A stretch of 64,000 nucleotides of DNA, taken from positions 665,830 through 729,829 of the forward strand of contig NMRA01000194.1 of assembly GCA_002633005.1 (NCBI GenBank), written 5' to 3'. The DNA is from Phoronis australis. Its lineage: Eukaryota; Animalia; Phoronida. Position numbers and translations under genes: made by a program. Positions within the stretch are counted from its first letter, which is position 1, and every line of letters starts with the position of its first letter. This document shows, piece after piece, positions 1 to 13,711 of this stretch. The notes under the pieces are model-generated. The model was not told the origin of the DNA. It saw only the letters and a program-made list of their open reading frames with translations, and ran no database searches.

Positions 1-925
1 CTGAAATGTTTAGCAACACAACTGAGCGCGGAGAGACAGTGAAAAGTTGAATAATGAAGCATTTTATCTGCCGACCTGGGTCCAACTCAGTTGAGGGCGG
101 GAAACCAAACAAAACATGAAGATGTACTTGCTTGCTCCTAATTATGCTAATGTATAGCAGGAACTAAACGACAATGCTAGTTCAAACGAAGTGCAGTTGT
201 ATTTATTGACAACTTGTAAATGTGAAAACAACAAAATCTGGGAGTTTTACTGAAACCTGCTTGCACTATGCAAATTTCAAAGAAAAACATGCGATTTACA
301 TGTGGAATGCTACACTGCCATGTTAGCTATTTTTGAATTAACCAAAAAAATAAAACTGCCACTGGGGGTGTAGCTGTACTAGGAAAATCATTGCCAGCCA
401 CGCTCTGGTCAATAGGAAATTGTTTCTCATATATCACGAGGACTGTTCACCGAACTTGGCACACAGGCCCAAAAAACTAAAACTACCATTAGCAGGCATA
501 GCTTTATTCAGGTCCATCCCAAAACCATCAACATCAAAACTCTCCCCAGTAGAAACCTACCTCTCAAATTTCATGAGAATCCTTCAAACCAATTGGCAGA
601 TGGAGAGGTGCATGCCAAGTAAAGACGACTAGGGGAACATAACACGCTAGATCCCCAACAGAAGCCAATCTACAGTTTCACTGATATATCTAGGGCCCTT
701 GTAGATAAAAAGCAAATGCAAAAATAGAATTGTCAACGAATATGAAAGTCATACTCATATCCATCTCTAAGAACACAATTGCCAAATTTCACGGATACTG
801 CATGGATGTACACTGGGCGGAAATGACTAACAGTGTGTGAGTGCAAAGAAACTGTAACAAATCTCTGTTGCAGAGACATAAGACAAATACTTTATGAAAT
901 ATTTATTATTTAATTATACCAAAGC

Positions 926-3900
926 TCAAGTATTCGTTTGACTACTACACTGACTATCTGCAGGTGTTTTGTCTTCCTCCAAACTTGACTGAGGTTCCTT
1001 TGTCAGAGGACTCTCTCCAACCACGTCAATGGCGGCTGATTCTGTACCTGTACTGCTAACAGATGTGTCCATCTTCTGAAAACCCATATACCCAAGTCAC
1101 TAACAAGACATTCATTGCACAAATAAAATTGTTGGCACATCTAAAACGTATTTTAGGAGTAAACACAGGGTCATCCAAATCAAGGATTCAACAAGAACAC
1201 ACGCTGAAAATCCTGGTTAGCAGATACCGTGTATTAACCAGAATGTGTTTCAAAATTTCAGGATCATTGACTCTGGTGCGACATATCCAAGTTTGCCAAA
1301 GGAATCGCTGTTAAGTAAAACTGTAAATTCCTTTTGTAAACCTATCTATTTGTAAATTTGACATTTTTTATAACCTTCAAAAAGCAAAGACATTAAGAAT
1401 TTTAAAAAATGTTTAGATGGTCATTTAAAAAATCAGTCCACTACTATAAAAGCTTATTTCTCTCTCCCTCTCAAAAGCAAGCAAAATGATAAGTGACAAA
1501 CCTTACCGCTGTTAATGAATACATGCTTTACCATTTTGCAATTACATTTTAAGTCTACTCCTCCATTTCAGGAGTGCGAAGCAGAGGGTGGTTTACTTAA
1601 TTGTCCCAATTTGAGACCAACCTAGACCACTAAAAGTTTAAAATGATGCGCATTTCCTTTGACTGATGCATGCTAAGATAAAAATGGGAAAATGTGATTT
1701 GATTGCAGGGTTATGGCCAGCAAATGTACCCTTGCTTAAATGTGCCATTAGAAATAAGCTCTCTAAGTCACACAGTCTCACACACCCTGGATGACAGTGC
1801 TATTGTGAGAGCAATCAATACATTTATAAAACTAACACCAGCTCAATTTATGAGGTTGGAAAATAAATCACTTCATCATGAGTACTGAAGACCAACCTCT
1901 GACGAATCGTCTCTGGACATCTCCAAGGTTTCACCAGGGGGAAGTTGAGCACCGGCTGATAAAGTGATTGTCCTTGACACGTTGTCCTACAACAAACAGC
2001 CTCATGTACTTGATGAAACGCTTGGTAGTGAATGCCGTGACACGAGTGCCAATGAACACCTGTTGACACACTTGTACATACAGTACAAGCCAAAATTATT
2101 CAAACAGAATTACCTGGAATTTCCTGTCATGAGGGCTGAATAGAAACCAAATCCATCATCAGGGTATTCTTCCCTCATAACAGAATGAAGTGTATCAACA
2201 GTAAAGTCAGTAAGATGACTAAGCTATTCTGAAATTAGAAGTTTTACCCCATAATAGTTATTAAAATACACTGGGTTTAAGCTTGAAATAATAGAAACCA
2301 GACTTTTCAGTTTCTGATAAGTGTTCCTGTTGGCTATCATGTTAACACTACCTGGGGTTCCTCCTTGGACGCCAGTCTGTCGCTGACCTCTGCCAAGATC
2401 ACATGTGAGGTGCACCTGCTCTCGCCCTCCACTGCCGGTATGGGATTCCTGCAGGCACCCTCGCCAAAACCACATGCCCGGAACAACACCTGGTGATGGT
2501 CTTGGAGCACATCTGGTCCATCGTTAAAGAAACGTTGATGCAAGACAAGAGCCAGCACACGGAACAAAAATAGAAATACAGTATAATCCAAAAGTATTCA
2601 GACTAAAAGATCTGGAGTATTATTCCCAGTCATAACGGCAGAGTAGTCTCCCCTGATGACCAAGAATAAAGGGAAATTAACAGCATAGTAAGGTGGCTAA
2701 ACCATTAAAGAATCTGTAATTAGAATTTTCCACACTAAATACTTATCATCAGTAATTTTTGCAGTAGCCAAAATTAGCTGCATAATGATAAAATGGCATT
2801 TTGTCCCATTAGGTTTGACTAGTACTGTGTGCTGATCTAGTTTGTGCACTTGACCTTTCCCATAACTTCAGTACGTTTTAATGTGAAATACAAGCCTAGG
2901 TTCAAACAGAAATCTATTCAAAATGTAGCAGACTGCTTTTTCAAGAACACGTGTTTGAATTTGTTGATGATATACTCTAATCAATAGCATTGACTTAGTG
3001 AGATTAATCTAAATCCTACTATTGCGTTAGTGAGATCAATCAAACCATTCATCCACTGTTGTCCTTATCAAAGGATACGTTCGGTGCAGAACTTCATCAG
3101 GGGCACCACTTTGTGGCCACACTTGACACCTTTGTTCACGTGAACACATTTGGTGAATGAAGGGGGGCGGAAACTAGCGCCCTCTGACGCAGCTATCCGG
3201 CGTTCCTTCGACTGACGCTGCAGAAGTGCCTCCTGTAAAAAGATATTTTTTTAATGTTTTTTACTGGTCTGAGTTCTGGTGGCCTAGGACACTTACGCAG
3301 CACTTGGGGGCTAGTAATATTCACTTATGAAGAGGAAAGAGTGAATTCTGTCTCATCAACTTGAGCTTGAAGGGGGCAACTAGACTGCTTAGTGGCTTAG
3401 TATATCATCAGAGTCGTTCACAACCTTTTGAAATTGACATGCAAGGTCAATGAAAGTAGTTCCTTGTAAACCCTGTTCTTAGTCTTACTACCCCCTACAA
3501 GCTCCAAATAGGGTAACCCGAAAGGATAATATAACAACCCAACCTATCACTTCAGAAGTCGCAATTTTGCTAGGTTACACTACAAATCTCCTTAGCATAC
3601 TCTCGAAAAAATCGTTTTTCACTGGTGTAATTTTGCATGGTTTTGATTTTTCGCCAGATTCTTGTATCTAAGGAATGCAGCCCTGGTCAGCTTGACGAGG
3701 TTGTTGAATGACATAGACTTCCAATAACATACCTTTCCAAAGCGTTTGTGGTAGCGTTTCATAGCCACCAGTTTGTCATACAAGGCTTTCTGCTCGGGGT
3801 CATTTTTCGACGCTGTCACTGTCCCTGGAACACAACAGTGGTAGAGTGAAAATAAATTGTTGTCCAAGAAATAATAATACTGTAAAAGTCACAGTGGACT

Positions 3901-6900
3901 TCTTTCACGAAATTACAGATTTTGAATGTACTTTTCCTATTTCAGTATCAGATCCCATAATTTTAATACTGTTGCTTGTTAACTACCAAATATTAAGATT
4001 ATAACTCATTTAATTCAACAATTCTGGCTACAAATTGATTTACAATCATTTTGCAGTAGACATGTTCAAGTAGTTGGTCATTCTTTCTGAAAGTGGGGCT
4101 ACTCGTTTTCCAGAAACGATAAACATGGCATGCAGCAAGTCAGAGAAACAGAGCAATGGCATAATTTAGCAAAAAAAGTAAGACAATTCCTAGACCATTT
4201 TTATGTCATTTATAGCTTAAAAATAGTGAAACTGAATATGCCGAAGGAAAATAAAGCAATTTCATGGTAGCAAAAATGAATTTCTCTGTTTTTGAAAATG
4301 GAAAGTCTTTCACAAGTAGAGGGCTTGATGAGTCAAAAACCTGAACACACTTTTAGGAAACTTGAGACACAGCAAGCGTTGAACAGAATGTTACAAACAT
4401 TAATTCAGCAGAACACAACGTAATATGGCGGGACAGAGAACATTGGTCATATTTCAGGCAACACAAAATTCTTAACGTCCACAATATTTCTAGAATCAAG
4501 ATTTCACAGTGTGTGTGTGTGTGTGTGTGTATGTGTGTGTGTGTGCGCGCGCACGCGCGCGATACAAAAATACAAGAAAATTTGCATGTTCACCGACAAT
4601 ATTTATTGGGACACACAATAAATTTTGGTACTTGCAAATTGTTGAAAAACTGCAATCAAAATTTTCAGACATGTCGTGAAAAGGTCGCACATCAGTTGTG
4701 CATATGATCTAAATTTTCACGATAAAAGCCATATCCTGCAACCCAAATGAGGCAACTGCAAACCTCAGCGAACCTCTTTTAAGACTTCTCTTGAATGTCG
4801 TTCACAACTGACCTCAAGTCTTGAAGTTGTGCAATTAACAACCTACCCAAGGTATCTTTCTCGGCCCGCCGTGCGTGCAGATAGCGCCTCCGTTTTTCCT
4901 TCAGAATGTGCTGTAGTCGTTTAAACTGGTCTATGTAAAGTGACTGCAGCCTAATCAGCTTATCTCGGGTGATAAGGGCTACCTCTTCTGCTGTGTACAC
5001 TGACGCATGTCTGCAATAGCGTAGAAGCAAACAATAAGTTTTACCATGGCAATCGTCCTCATATGATGACTTTTAACATTGGAGTGGACAATGTGTATAC
5101 AGAGAATAAAGTGTGCACCAACAATTTAACATTGGAGAGGACAACATGTATACAGAGAATAAAGTGTGCACCAACAATTTAACATTGGAGTGAACAATAT
5201 GTATACAGAGAATAAAGTGTGCACCAACAATTTAACATTGGAGTGAACAATATGTATACAGAGAATAAAGTGTGCACCAACAATTTAACATTGGAGTGAA
5301 CAATATGTATACAGAGAATAAAGTGTGCACCAACAATTAAATTGGAAATAACATACTTCCAGATATGATAGAATATCTCATTTTAGTTATCACGATAAAG
5401 TCAGATTAACAGTAGATGGTGATCATGGGTGAGAACAAATGATCGCTTAGACACTCCTTGAAATATTCTTTTGCTTAGCTCATCCTACCCTAACATTCCC
5501 TGAGATGGGTAGGCACCGCAGTAAAGCATTTATTTCCTCACTTTCATTGTCAGGCACAATCAGTTTTGCTTCAAAATATTTAATCACAATTTAAACAATT
5601 CTTTTGCCAGAACGAAAGGAGAACGATTTAAGCTGAGAGCAGATTTTACTGTAGACACCTCAAGAGGGAACAAATATATAATTCTAATTTACACCTTACC
5701 ACAAATAACTCTGACGATAAAATACTCTTAAGGAAATATGAGTGAGAGCATATTTGCCGCTCGCATGCCCGGATTTGGGCTCATAAATGCCAACGACCAC
5801 CAAAAAAAAACACGTTAGACGTACGAATGAGGCCAATTTTCTACTCATATTTTTTACTCTTCACTCCCTGGTATTTACAGGTAAAATAATAAAAAATGTC
5901 TGAAGTGTAAAATACTGTAAACATGTTCCCATTAAATAAAAAATTCTATTTGTAGTTAACTATGAATAGGATAGTTAACTTACATTTCACACCTCATTTG
6001 GCACAGCAATTTTCTTCAAAATGGAGGTCGACAGAACCCTGCCAGACTTGGATGAACTTCTTGCCAGAATTATGTGGCAGTTTAGTCAAACATTTGATAT
6101 TGAAATAGCATTTTTGTTGAACTTCAGCCATAGTGTATTGTCACATTATTGAGCCCAGCCCTCAATTATTTGAGAATGGACTCAAGATTTTGTAAACATT
6201 TAGCCGGAATTGAGATGGGTAGTAGTCGAAAACAAATACTTCTTTATCAGTTGGAACTGTCAATTTTTGACATTGTCCAATTTATTTTGAAAATTACTGC
6301 GTGTAGTTCAAGTCTGCATTTGAAGAACAGAATGTCTAGCAGCATACCTGAGTGGGTCTTCTTGGTCACTGTCTATACTCTCGGCATCACTCTCAACATC
6401 CCCCCTCCAGGCTTGGTCCACTAAGGGCTGATCAGTATCCGAGTCACTTGAACTACCGTAATCTGTAAACAAGAGGAGAGCAGTGCCAGTCTAGGCTACT
6501 TCTGATATATTCTTACTACTCAAACTTTTTTTGTTCAGATTTTTAGTTAAAGTTAATGACACGTCACAAATTTAATAAAAATTTGAATCACTCTAGTGTC
6601 ACGGTTTCAGGGAAATAATGAAAGAAACACTACATGTTGATGTTAAAAAATGTCATTATGCAAAATCTGGAGTGTAGGTACTGTGTAAACTATGGGCATA
6701 TCACAGGATTGAAGGAGTAGGGACTATAATAGTGAGCACATAGGAGACTCTCAGGAAGCAATGAGGACAGACCAGGTGCAACTCTTGACTCTGGCTGTAC
6801 CAAGAGTTACATCTTCTATTCTGCTAAATTATCCCCTCATCCTCAAGAAGCCACTAGTAACCAGTCCCACATGAACAGTCGCCATGTTACAACTTGGAAG

Positions 6901-8829
6901 TCTCCCATTGCAACAGTTAACACACAAGAGCATCATAAAAACAACAAAAAGATTGTTGAACACACTATTAGAGGGTAATACAGTAAAATGAAAGTGCTCA
7001 AGAGAGCGACACTTACTGAAATTAAGTGAGAAATCAGGATAATGATGATGATGATGAAGAAGATTATTTAAATATGTGTGTCTCTTTTGAGCGCAGTGTA
7101 AAAAACAAAAAATGCAATTGTTAAGTGCCATTTTGAAAACATTCACCGACTTGGATATGATAAAGCAATATGGTCTGTCATTTGCTTCTGCTCTGGATTA
7201 AAATTATACCCACGGTCAATGTTCATTACTTTAATATCCACGGTCAATGTGGATAACACTTATATCCACGGTCAATGTGGATAACACTTATATCCACGGT
7301 CAATGTGGATAACACATATACCCACGGTCAATGTGCATTACACTTAAACCCACGGTCAATGTGCATTACACTTATACCCACGGTCAATGTGCATTACACT
7401 TACACCCATGATTTGACTAGTGCACTGGTTGCAGTTTTACTGTTACTAGCACATTTTCCAAGATCTCCAAACAATACATAAAAAAACATGAAGATATCCA
7501 AATCAGGAACACAAGTCATGTTAGCAAAACCACACAGAAACGGAAATGAAGACAAGAAAGAAGCAAAGCTCACTTTTACCCTTGAAAATACCTAGAATGC
7601 GACTAGTCACATTGTCTGCACTAGGTCGCGCTCTGCGACCATCCGAGGTACCGGGCAACTGGTGTCCCGAGCTGTAGTGTTCTATCTGCTCCAACAGGGT
7701 CTCTGCAGTCTCCTTTGGCTTCTTCTTCTGATTTGCCTTCATTCGTGACATGACCATCTTCTTCGCATGCTCAATACACTGTCTGTAAGCACCACAAAAG
7801 GATGATGACCAATGCCTTCAATTTCAGACAGACAGAACACATATTTACTGCATTGCCTTCCCATTCCCACCTCAAGAGATTCACAGTACTGCAGCAAATT
7901 TCCCGAGTCCTTCCAAATGTCAATAATCTATGCTAAAAATGAAACGGCACCTTTTCACCATTTACCTTCTGTTGAGAAATATCAAAGCACAAATTTCCAC
8001 TTTTGTGCCATCTTATGTCCCCAACACAAAAATCTTAACGGTAATCTAGCTTGGGATATTTAAAGATAAATAGACTATGTTATGTTTTGAAGAAAATCTC
8101 TTTCTACAATTAACAATTAACAAGCAAAAGTAGAACATTTTTAAAACAATTCCTAACAGCATATGGGAGAACAGTGCATAAAAACAGTATCTGAAAATTT
8201 CATGTGAATCTGATAAACCCTCTGAGATAAAATGTTCCAAAGTTAAACAAATTTGGACATTTTGCCTAGGTTGGTCCTAGATAACCATAACCTGTTCCTT
8301 ACTTTTAGAGATGGTTTCATATGACTTGGAAGAACTGGGTTTGTTGCTGCTCAATATTAGGTTCAATATGTTGGCTTAAAACAGAGAGTCGCTCTATGTC
8401 TGAGCATGGTCTTGAGCACTTTCAGTTATTCCAAAGCCCAGTAATCATTCCTCATTTGAGTAAGACACAAATCTATGTCGCTGTCACACTGTAAGTACTC
8501 TATGAAAAAGCTTCATTCTTTACAGCCTTGGGTTGGTTTCTAGCCACTTTCAGTGCCTCATTACGGATGTGGTTGGGAAGTGAACATTTAGTAATATTGT
8601 GACAGTGCAATAAGTACCCATCTTTCTTGTCCGTCTTCAGTGCAGCATTGTGACATCGCTTCCCGTTTTTGTTGGAGACGTATGTGCACTGTTTATACGG
8701 GCTGTTCTTGTCTTCCAAGATATGTCTGAGGCAATAGTCAAATCCATCCAGTTTCTTCTGCATACAGACACGGTGCGAGTACTGGCATAGGGCGCCCTCT
8801 ACAGTCACCTTTTGTCGCCTCACAGCCAT
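926..8829 (-). CDS. KANSL2: KAT8 regulatory NSL complex subunit 2 (spliced)
   Basis: Exons 8829-8618, 7782-7592, 6462-6348, 5010-4847, 3824-3733, 3232-3079, 2512-2352, 1986-1897, 1075-926 with GT-AG boundaries and compatible phases. Motifs [75 protein letters not shown] and [12 protein letters not shown] match KANSL2. Start codon and last two exons less certain. Confidence 0.93.
2513..3078 (-). other. U12-type (minor) GT-AG intron of KANSL2
   Basis: Donor GTATCCTTTG at 3078; branch site TTTCTTTAAC at 2532-2523 just upstream of the AG; no polypyrimidine tract; splicing gives ...[18 protein letters not shown]. Confidence 0.9.
4508..4562. repeat. (GT)n/(GC)n microsatellite
   Basis: Alternating purine-pyrimidine run seen directly. 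Confidence 0.9.
5072..5345. repeat. 53-bp minisatellite, about 5 copies (KANSL2 intron)
   Basis: Unit tttaacattggagtgaacaatatgtatacagagaataaagtgtgcaccaacaa at 5072, 5125, 5178, 5231, 5284. Confidence 0.95.
7205..7408. repeat. 28-bp minisatellite, about 7 copies
   Basis: cacggtcaatgt recurs every 28 nt from 7211 to 7379. Confidence 0.95.
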
Positions 8830-10281
8830 ATGGGCCTTGGTCTTTAGGGCAAGAGTAGTTCTGAAAATCAATTCGTACAGGTGAAAGTCAATTGCTATCA
8901 CTTCAAATGCTTGACGAGTGACAGGTCAAGTTTTAGATTTAGCAAATTCCCCATAATCTGAATCTAAACTGGGAATGAGGTCTCACCTGAAAAACAGCAC
9001 ATACAGATAGATCCACTATATGTTTCTGATCATTGCAGTCCAAGGACTTCAGATTTTGGCGAGATGAGTTTGGCTCAACTATGACAAATTTTTTGTATTA
9101 TACTCAAGTTAAAAAGCTAGCCGCATAGGCAAGTAGATCCTAAGAATGTCTGTTCGACATTTGCTCCAAAGTAACGAACCCCAACACAAGCCTGAAAACC
9201 GTCGAAAAAGCCCCTGTGGTCGTCAAAGAAACTCCCGTCTTCGAATGAGCACCGAAAGGAAAATAGAACGAGTGTGATGCAGCGTGCACAGATGACGCTC
9301 ACGGTCAAATCCTTTCGATTCTCTGAACGTGCCCTGCAGTTTCTGAATAAGTTGTCACGTGATACTACTGATCATCTGCACTCTGGCAAAACGTCTAAAC
9401 GTGGAAGCCGTCCAGGCCTGGATGGCATTGGTTTAGTTGCTAAAAACGAGTTCAGGAAGAATCAAAGCAATAATATGAAACGAAAAGAGTGCGGGGATGG
9501 GTTCCGTCATGGTGAATTAGGTTTTCTGGCCTGCGAGACAGTGAACAAGGGATGACGTTTGATTTTTGCCGGCGTTTACCCATGTACGGTTGGAAGCACC
9601 GCGTTCGTCAGCGGATTAAGTTAAGATAAGCACAAAAGCTAAAAAATCAGTGATTGATAACATATTTTCTACACTACACAGCAGTTTAAAAGGCCTGGTA
9701 TTTATTCAGGGGGAATTCCAAAGGACATTCTTATGAATTCCTGGCTCCCGGTGGCGACTCCCGAAAGAAGAGGAATACGGTCTTCGGGATTGCCGCTCTG
9801 AAGTCTGAAGGGTGACTTTTTCGCGGTCTATCTATTTTTCAAAAATGTAATTATTTATTGAAAATAAAAGTATATGTGGCATTACTATATGTTAAAATTT
9901 TTGATTTTAATTTAATACAAGGTACCGATGACCAAAACTGCAAGATTTTTACGGATAGCACGAAATTCAGGTTAGCAACAATTCAAGTTTAATGCATGAG
10001 GGCGTATAAACTAATGAATACACAGAAGTGTCTAGAGTTCATGCCCTAGCTCATTTCGGCGCCTGTGAACATGTGACAATGGTTCAGATACCTGAGTTAC
10101 TCTTTCAATTTGTCTCTCTAGTGTTTTGACACACCTTATAAATAAATGTTCTATAAAAAGAATCGTTAAAAAAATTGCAACTCGTGTATATAGCGTACAC
10201 AACACAAGAGGAGGCTCAGCACAGGCAGCCCTACAGTAACACATTACCTAGGTGTGCACATGCACGGTGCTATTTGGGATT

Positions 10282-10370
10282 GGGGCAAGTGAATTCGTTG
10301 TTCGGGCAAGTAAAAATTTTAACTACTTGCCCGAAGGGCAAAAGGCTTAAAAAGTTAATGTTGAGCCCTG
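10282..10370. mobile_element. Isolated end of a hAT-like non-autonomous DNA transposon
   Basis: Ends in gttgagccctg (CAGGGCTCAAC-type terminus, similar to the element at 11397) with subterminal gggcaagt/acttgccc repeats; partner end not found. Confidence 0.5.
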
Positions 10371-10713
10371 GGTTATCCTAGAAACACGTACTTCACTATT
10401 AATTAACATTCCCATGGCCATTGGCAAGAACAGAAAGTTCACTGTGTGCTGCGTGCATTCTCTTCCATTGAACAACCACAATGACCAACCTAGACTCTGT
10501 TCAATTGAGACAACTTATTTTTTTAATGAAAGCGAATGCGATAAAAAATGATAAAGACCGAACTAAGATATGTATACAAAGACTAGGCAGAAGAAATATT
10601 TACAAATTAAAAAGCAGACTTAGTAAATAAGAGTTACAACCTGTATAGAAAACAAAGTTTCTGACATGTACACTAAAACATGACCTGCACTAACACATAG
10701 TCTTGAAATACTT

Positions 10714-10810
10714 TCACTTTAAATTTTTCAAAGTCATTATGCTCAAGGCTGCTTTCAGAGAATTTGGAAGGTCATTCCATATTTTTACTCTTGAGTATGT
10801 CAAGCTCTAA
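10714..10810 (-). mobile_element. CR1/L2-like LINE ORF2 3' remnant
   Basis: Minus-strand translation SLTYSRVKIWNDLPNSLKAALSIMTLKNLK* resembles the C-terminal WNxLP motif of CR1/L2-group ORF2; probably extends further upstream. Confidence 0.55.
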
Positions 10811-11396
10811 AATGACCATACTGTTTTGTATTGAAATGAGGAAATGAGAGAGTTCGCATGGCAAACACTGTACAAGTGAGGCTTCATCTGGAAGGCACAT
10901 ACCAAACTGCAAGGTCCAATGAAGCTGATATGCTTAAAACTAGCAGACATAAAATGAGCCGTAGTATTGAGATTCCTGGTAAACAGTTTGGTCTGGCTAG
11001 GAGATTGGAGTAGGAGGATACTGAGTCATTGAACACAAGGTGCAGAGACCTGGCTAGGCAACACGTAGCCCCTCGGTTGGCTGGACAGGGGCTACAATAC
11101 TTTCCATCGCTTTCTGTACTAATTTCTCACCATGAATTTTAAATGGGCCGTATCTGTGGGAAGCAGGCCATACTGTAGTGAAACAGTATTTGATGAGTCT
11201 CACTGATGCGCTGGCCTTCTGCCACGTGCGCCCCCTGACGGGCCCGACTGTTGTTCGTCTTGGAGATTGCCGACGTTGACTGTACCGGCCTTTATGCCGG
11301 AGCTGGCCAATAAGGGCACAATATGCATATTCAGTGACTGATACACGTGCTGGTGCGAAGAGCAGCACTTAATCTGCTGACCACTGAACTGAACAG

Positions 11397-12860
11397 CAGG
11401 GCTCGACATAACGAGCTGCAGGTCGCATTTGCGACCTGAAATTTGGAAATGCGAGCTGAGATTTTTGTCAGCTCGTATAAAGTCGCAAAATGCGACCTGG
11501 AATTTCCAACGAATGCGAGCTGAGTTTTTACACTTCTCAACAGATACCTGGCAAATACAAAGCAGCTCTTGTTAATCCGACCGTTATTTGGTTGTTGCCA
11601 AATACAAGTTCAAAAGAACACTAACCGAGAACAGGCCTCCCGATGACTTGTAAGCAAGTCGCGTGAACATGGGATATGNNNNNNNNNNNNNNNNNNNNNN
11701 NNNNNNNNNNNNNNNNNNNNNNNNNNNNNNNNNNNNNNNNNNNNNNNNNNNNNNNNNNNNNNNNNNNNNNNNNNNNNNNNNNNNNNNNNNNNNNNNNNNN
11801 NNNNNNNNNNNNNNNNNNNNNNNNNNNNNNNNNNNNNNNNNNNNNNNNNNNNNNNNNNNNNNNNNNNNNNNNNNNNNNNNNNNNNNNNNNNNNNNNNNNN
11901 NNNNNNNNNNNNNNNNNNNNNNNNNNNNNNNNNNNNNNNNNNNNNNNNNNNNNNNNNNNNNNNNNNNNNNNNNNNNNNNNNNNNNNNNNNNNNNNNNNNN
12001 NNNNNNNNNNNNNNNNNNNNNNNNNNNNNNNNNNNNNNNNNNNNNNNNNNNNNNNNNNNNNNNNNNNNNNNNNNNNNNNNNNNNNNNTTAAAAGTCCCCC
12101 CTGAAATTTTGAGAATTTCTAATTAAGCGCCCACAGTTCAAGCTAGCGCCCATCATTGCGCACTACAAACGACCGCGTGTGGTTTAAAATTGACACGCAG
12201 CTTATATGGTGTGTGTCAGTTTCATTTTACACAACTTCAGTTTTCAAAAACGTCTTTTCACAATATGTAAAAACCAAATCTCGGCTTTGTTTTATACCTC
12301 GGAAAGAAAGTTAACACTAGTGACGTGCGTGTCGTTTTGCGACTGACCTATTTTTTCCCGTACTTGGAAGGTATTGAAGAGCAAACTCGCGATTACCCGA
12401 GTTAGTTTGAATCGTTAACGACTTTGATGACGGCCAGTAGCAGACCAGATCTAACAAAATCCTAGATACTTTTTTCAACGGGCATTTTCTCCCTTTTCAC
12501 TTCGCAAATTTAGCTACTCGAATGCACAAGTCAGTTAGAGAGCACTGATTCAACTTTCACGCCGGCAACTTGGCTTGCGCTCTAGAGACTTTCAATGGCG
12601 GTCGTGAAGAACAGTAAGGCCGTACCTGCATGAATGAAGTCAATTTTGAGATCCGAAATTTGTGAGCATTTAACGCTGCAGGTAAGAGCATAATCTAAAC
12701 ATTTTCTCGATGATCTAAAAAATCTATTTGGCGCGTTAAAATGGCGGGAAAATTTTGCGACCTGGCATTTACGAATGCGAGCTGGATTTTGAAAATGCGA
12801 CCTGGGATTTTGGCTAGGTCGCAAAATGCGACCTGGCGATTTTAATAGCGTCGAGCCCTG
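11397..12860. mobile_element. hAT-like non-autonomous DNA transposon spanning an assembly gap
   Basis: Perfect 11-bp TIR cagggctcgac...gtcgagccctg, flanking direct repeat aacag, many subterminal tgcgacctg/tgcgagctg repeats at both ends. Confidence 0.8.
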
Positions 12861-13711
12861 AACAGACATAGCTCTTGAACTTCTAGCACTTCTGTTACTG
12901 TTTAGCTGTTAACCTATTCTATATCATTGTAAAATGAACTTTTTACTTACTTATTTACCTAATTTGTAAGGAGGTGAGGACCATAATTTGCATAAAACAT
13001 AATTATCACTATTATTTCTAGGGAAGAATTAATGCAGAAGTGCTCTCCCTGCTCTCTGAGAGTCTTCCAGAGGTGCCGTCCATTATGTGACCTCGTTTAA
13101 AATTGGTGCTATGAAACCATGGAGTTTTTCCAGACATTCCCATAAATCAGAAACAAGGGCCACTGCAGCAATGCTTTACTTGAGTATTGACCTATTTTCG
13201 TTTTTGTTACAACACGAGTTATCTCCCATGAAACAGAGAACTTGAATTTTTCTATTTTGTCGAGTTTTCTTACCAATAAGCAACCACAAACCAAACCACT
13301 GAAGCTGAAGTTTTACCTGACAAGGCAAGTACACAAATATTAAACAGCCGTACCTGTAATTTTGAGCCATGTTATATATTACGTATTATTTCTTGGAAGT
13401 CTTACTTCACTGCCAGAAAATCTACTGCATACGAGGCAATGACCTAAATTTTGACTCGCTTAATCACGAGGCCGTGTCTGGGAATACTTTTTAAACGTAA
13501 TTCAGTGAGTCATCATCATTTTCCGTGAAAACTGACAATTTTTATCAAAAGTAACATAAATATTTATTTTAAATAATAAATTGATAAATAAAAATTGCAA
13601 AAACTATTTGTTAATAAGTATACTCAATATATGATTTTGGTTAAAACTCTTCTGCCCGTGACTAATCTCATGCTTTGTCTGTCCGTTAGTCCGAGTTATC
13701 GGCAAATTTCA

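Noticed and set aside
1580-1720. SNORA2-like words (ccctg.aatcaa, gtggtct) on the - strand of the last KANSL2 intron
   Set aside because: No convincing 5' upper stem and no ACA box; similarity is from memory and short.
2650-2685. CTGATGA...GAAA hammerhead candidate
   Set aside because: Stem II is only 2 bp and no credible stems I or III.
7205-7408. CRISPR-like or DnaA-box array (tgtggataa within a hairpin-forming 28-bp repeat)
   Set aside because: Head-to-tail repeats without unique spacers in an animal intron, no cas genes; the DnaA-box match is present in only some units.
11663-12104. ORF-track entries made of X residues (also near 38010-38345 and 58331-58734)
   Set aside because: Artifacts of N gaps.
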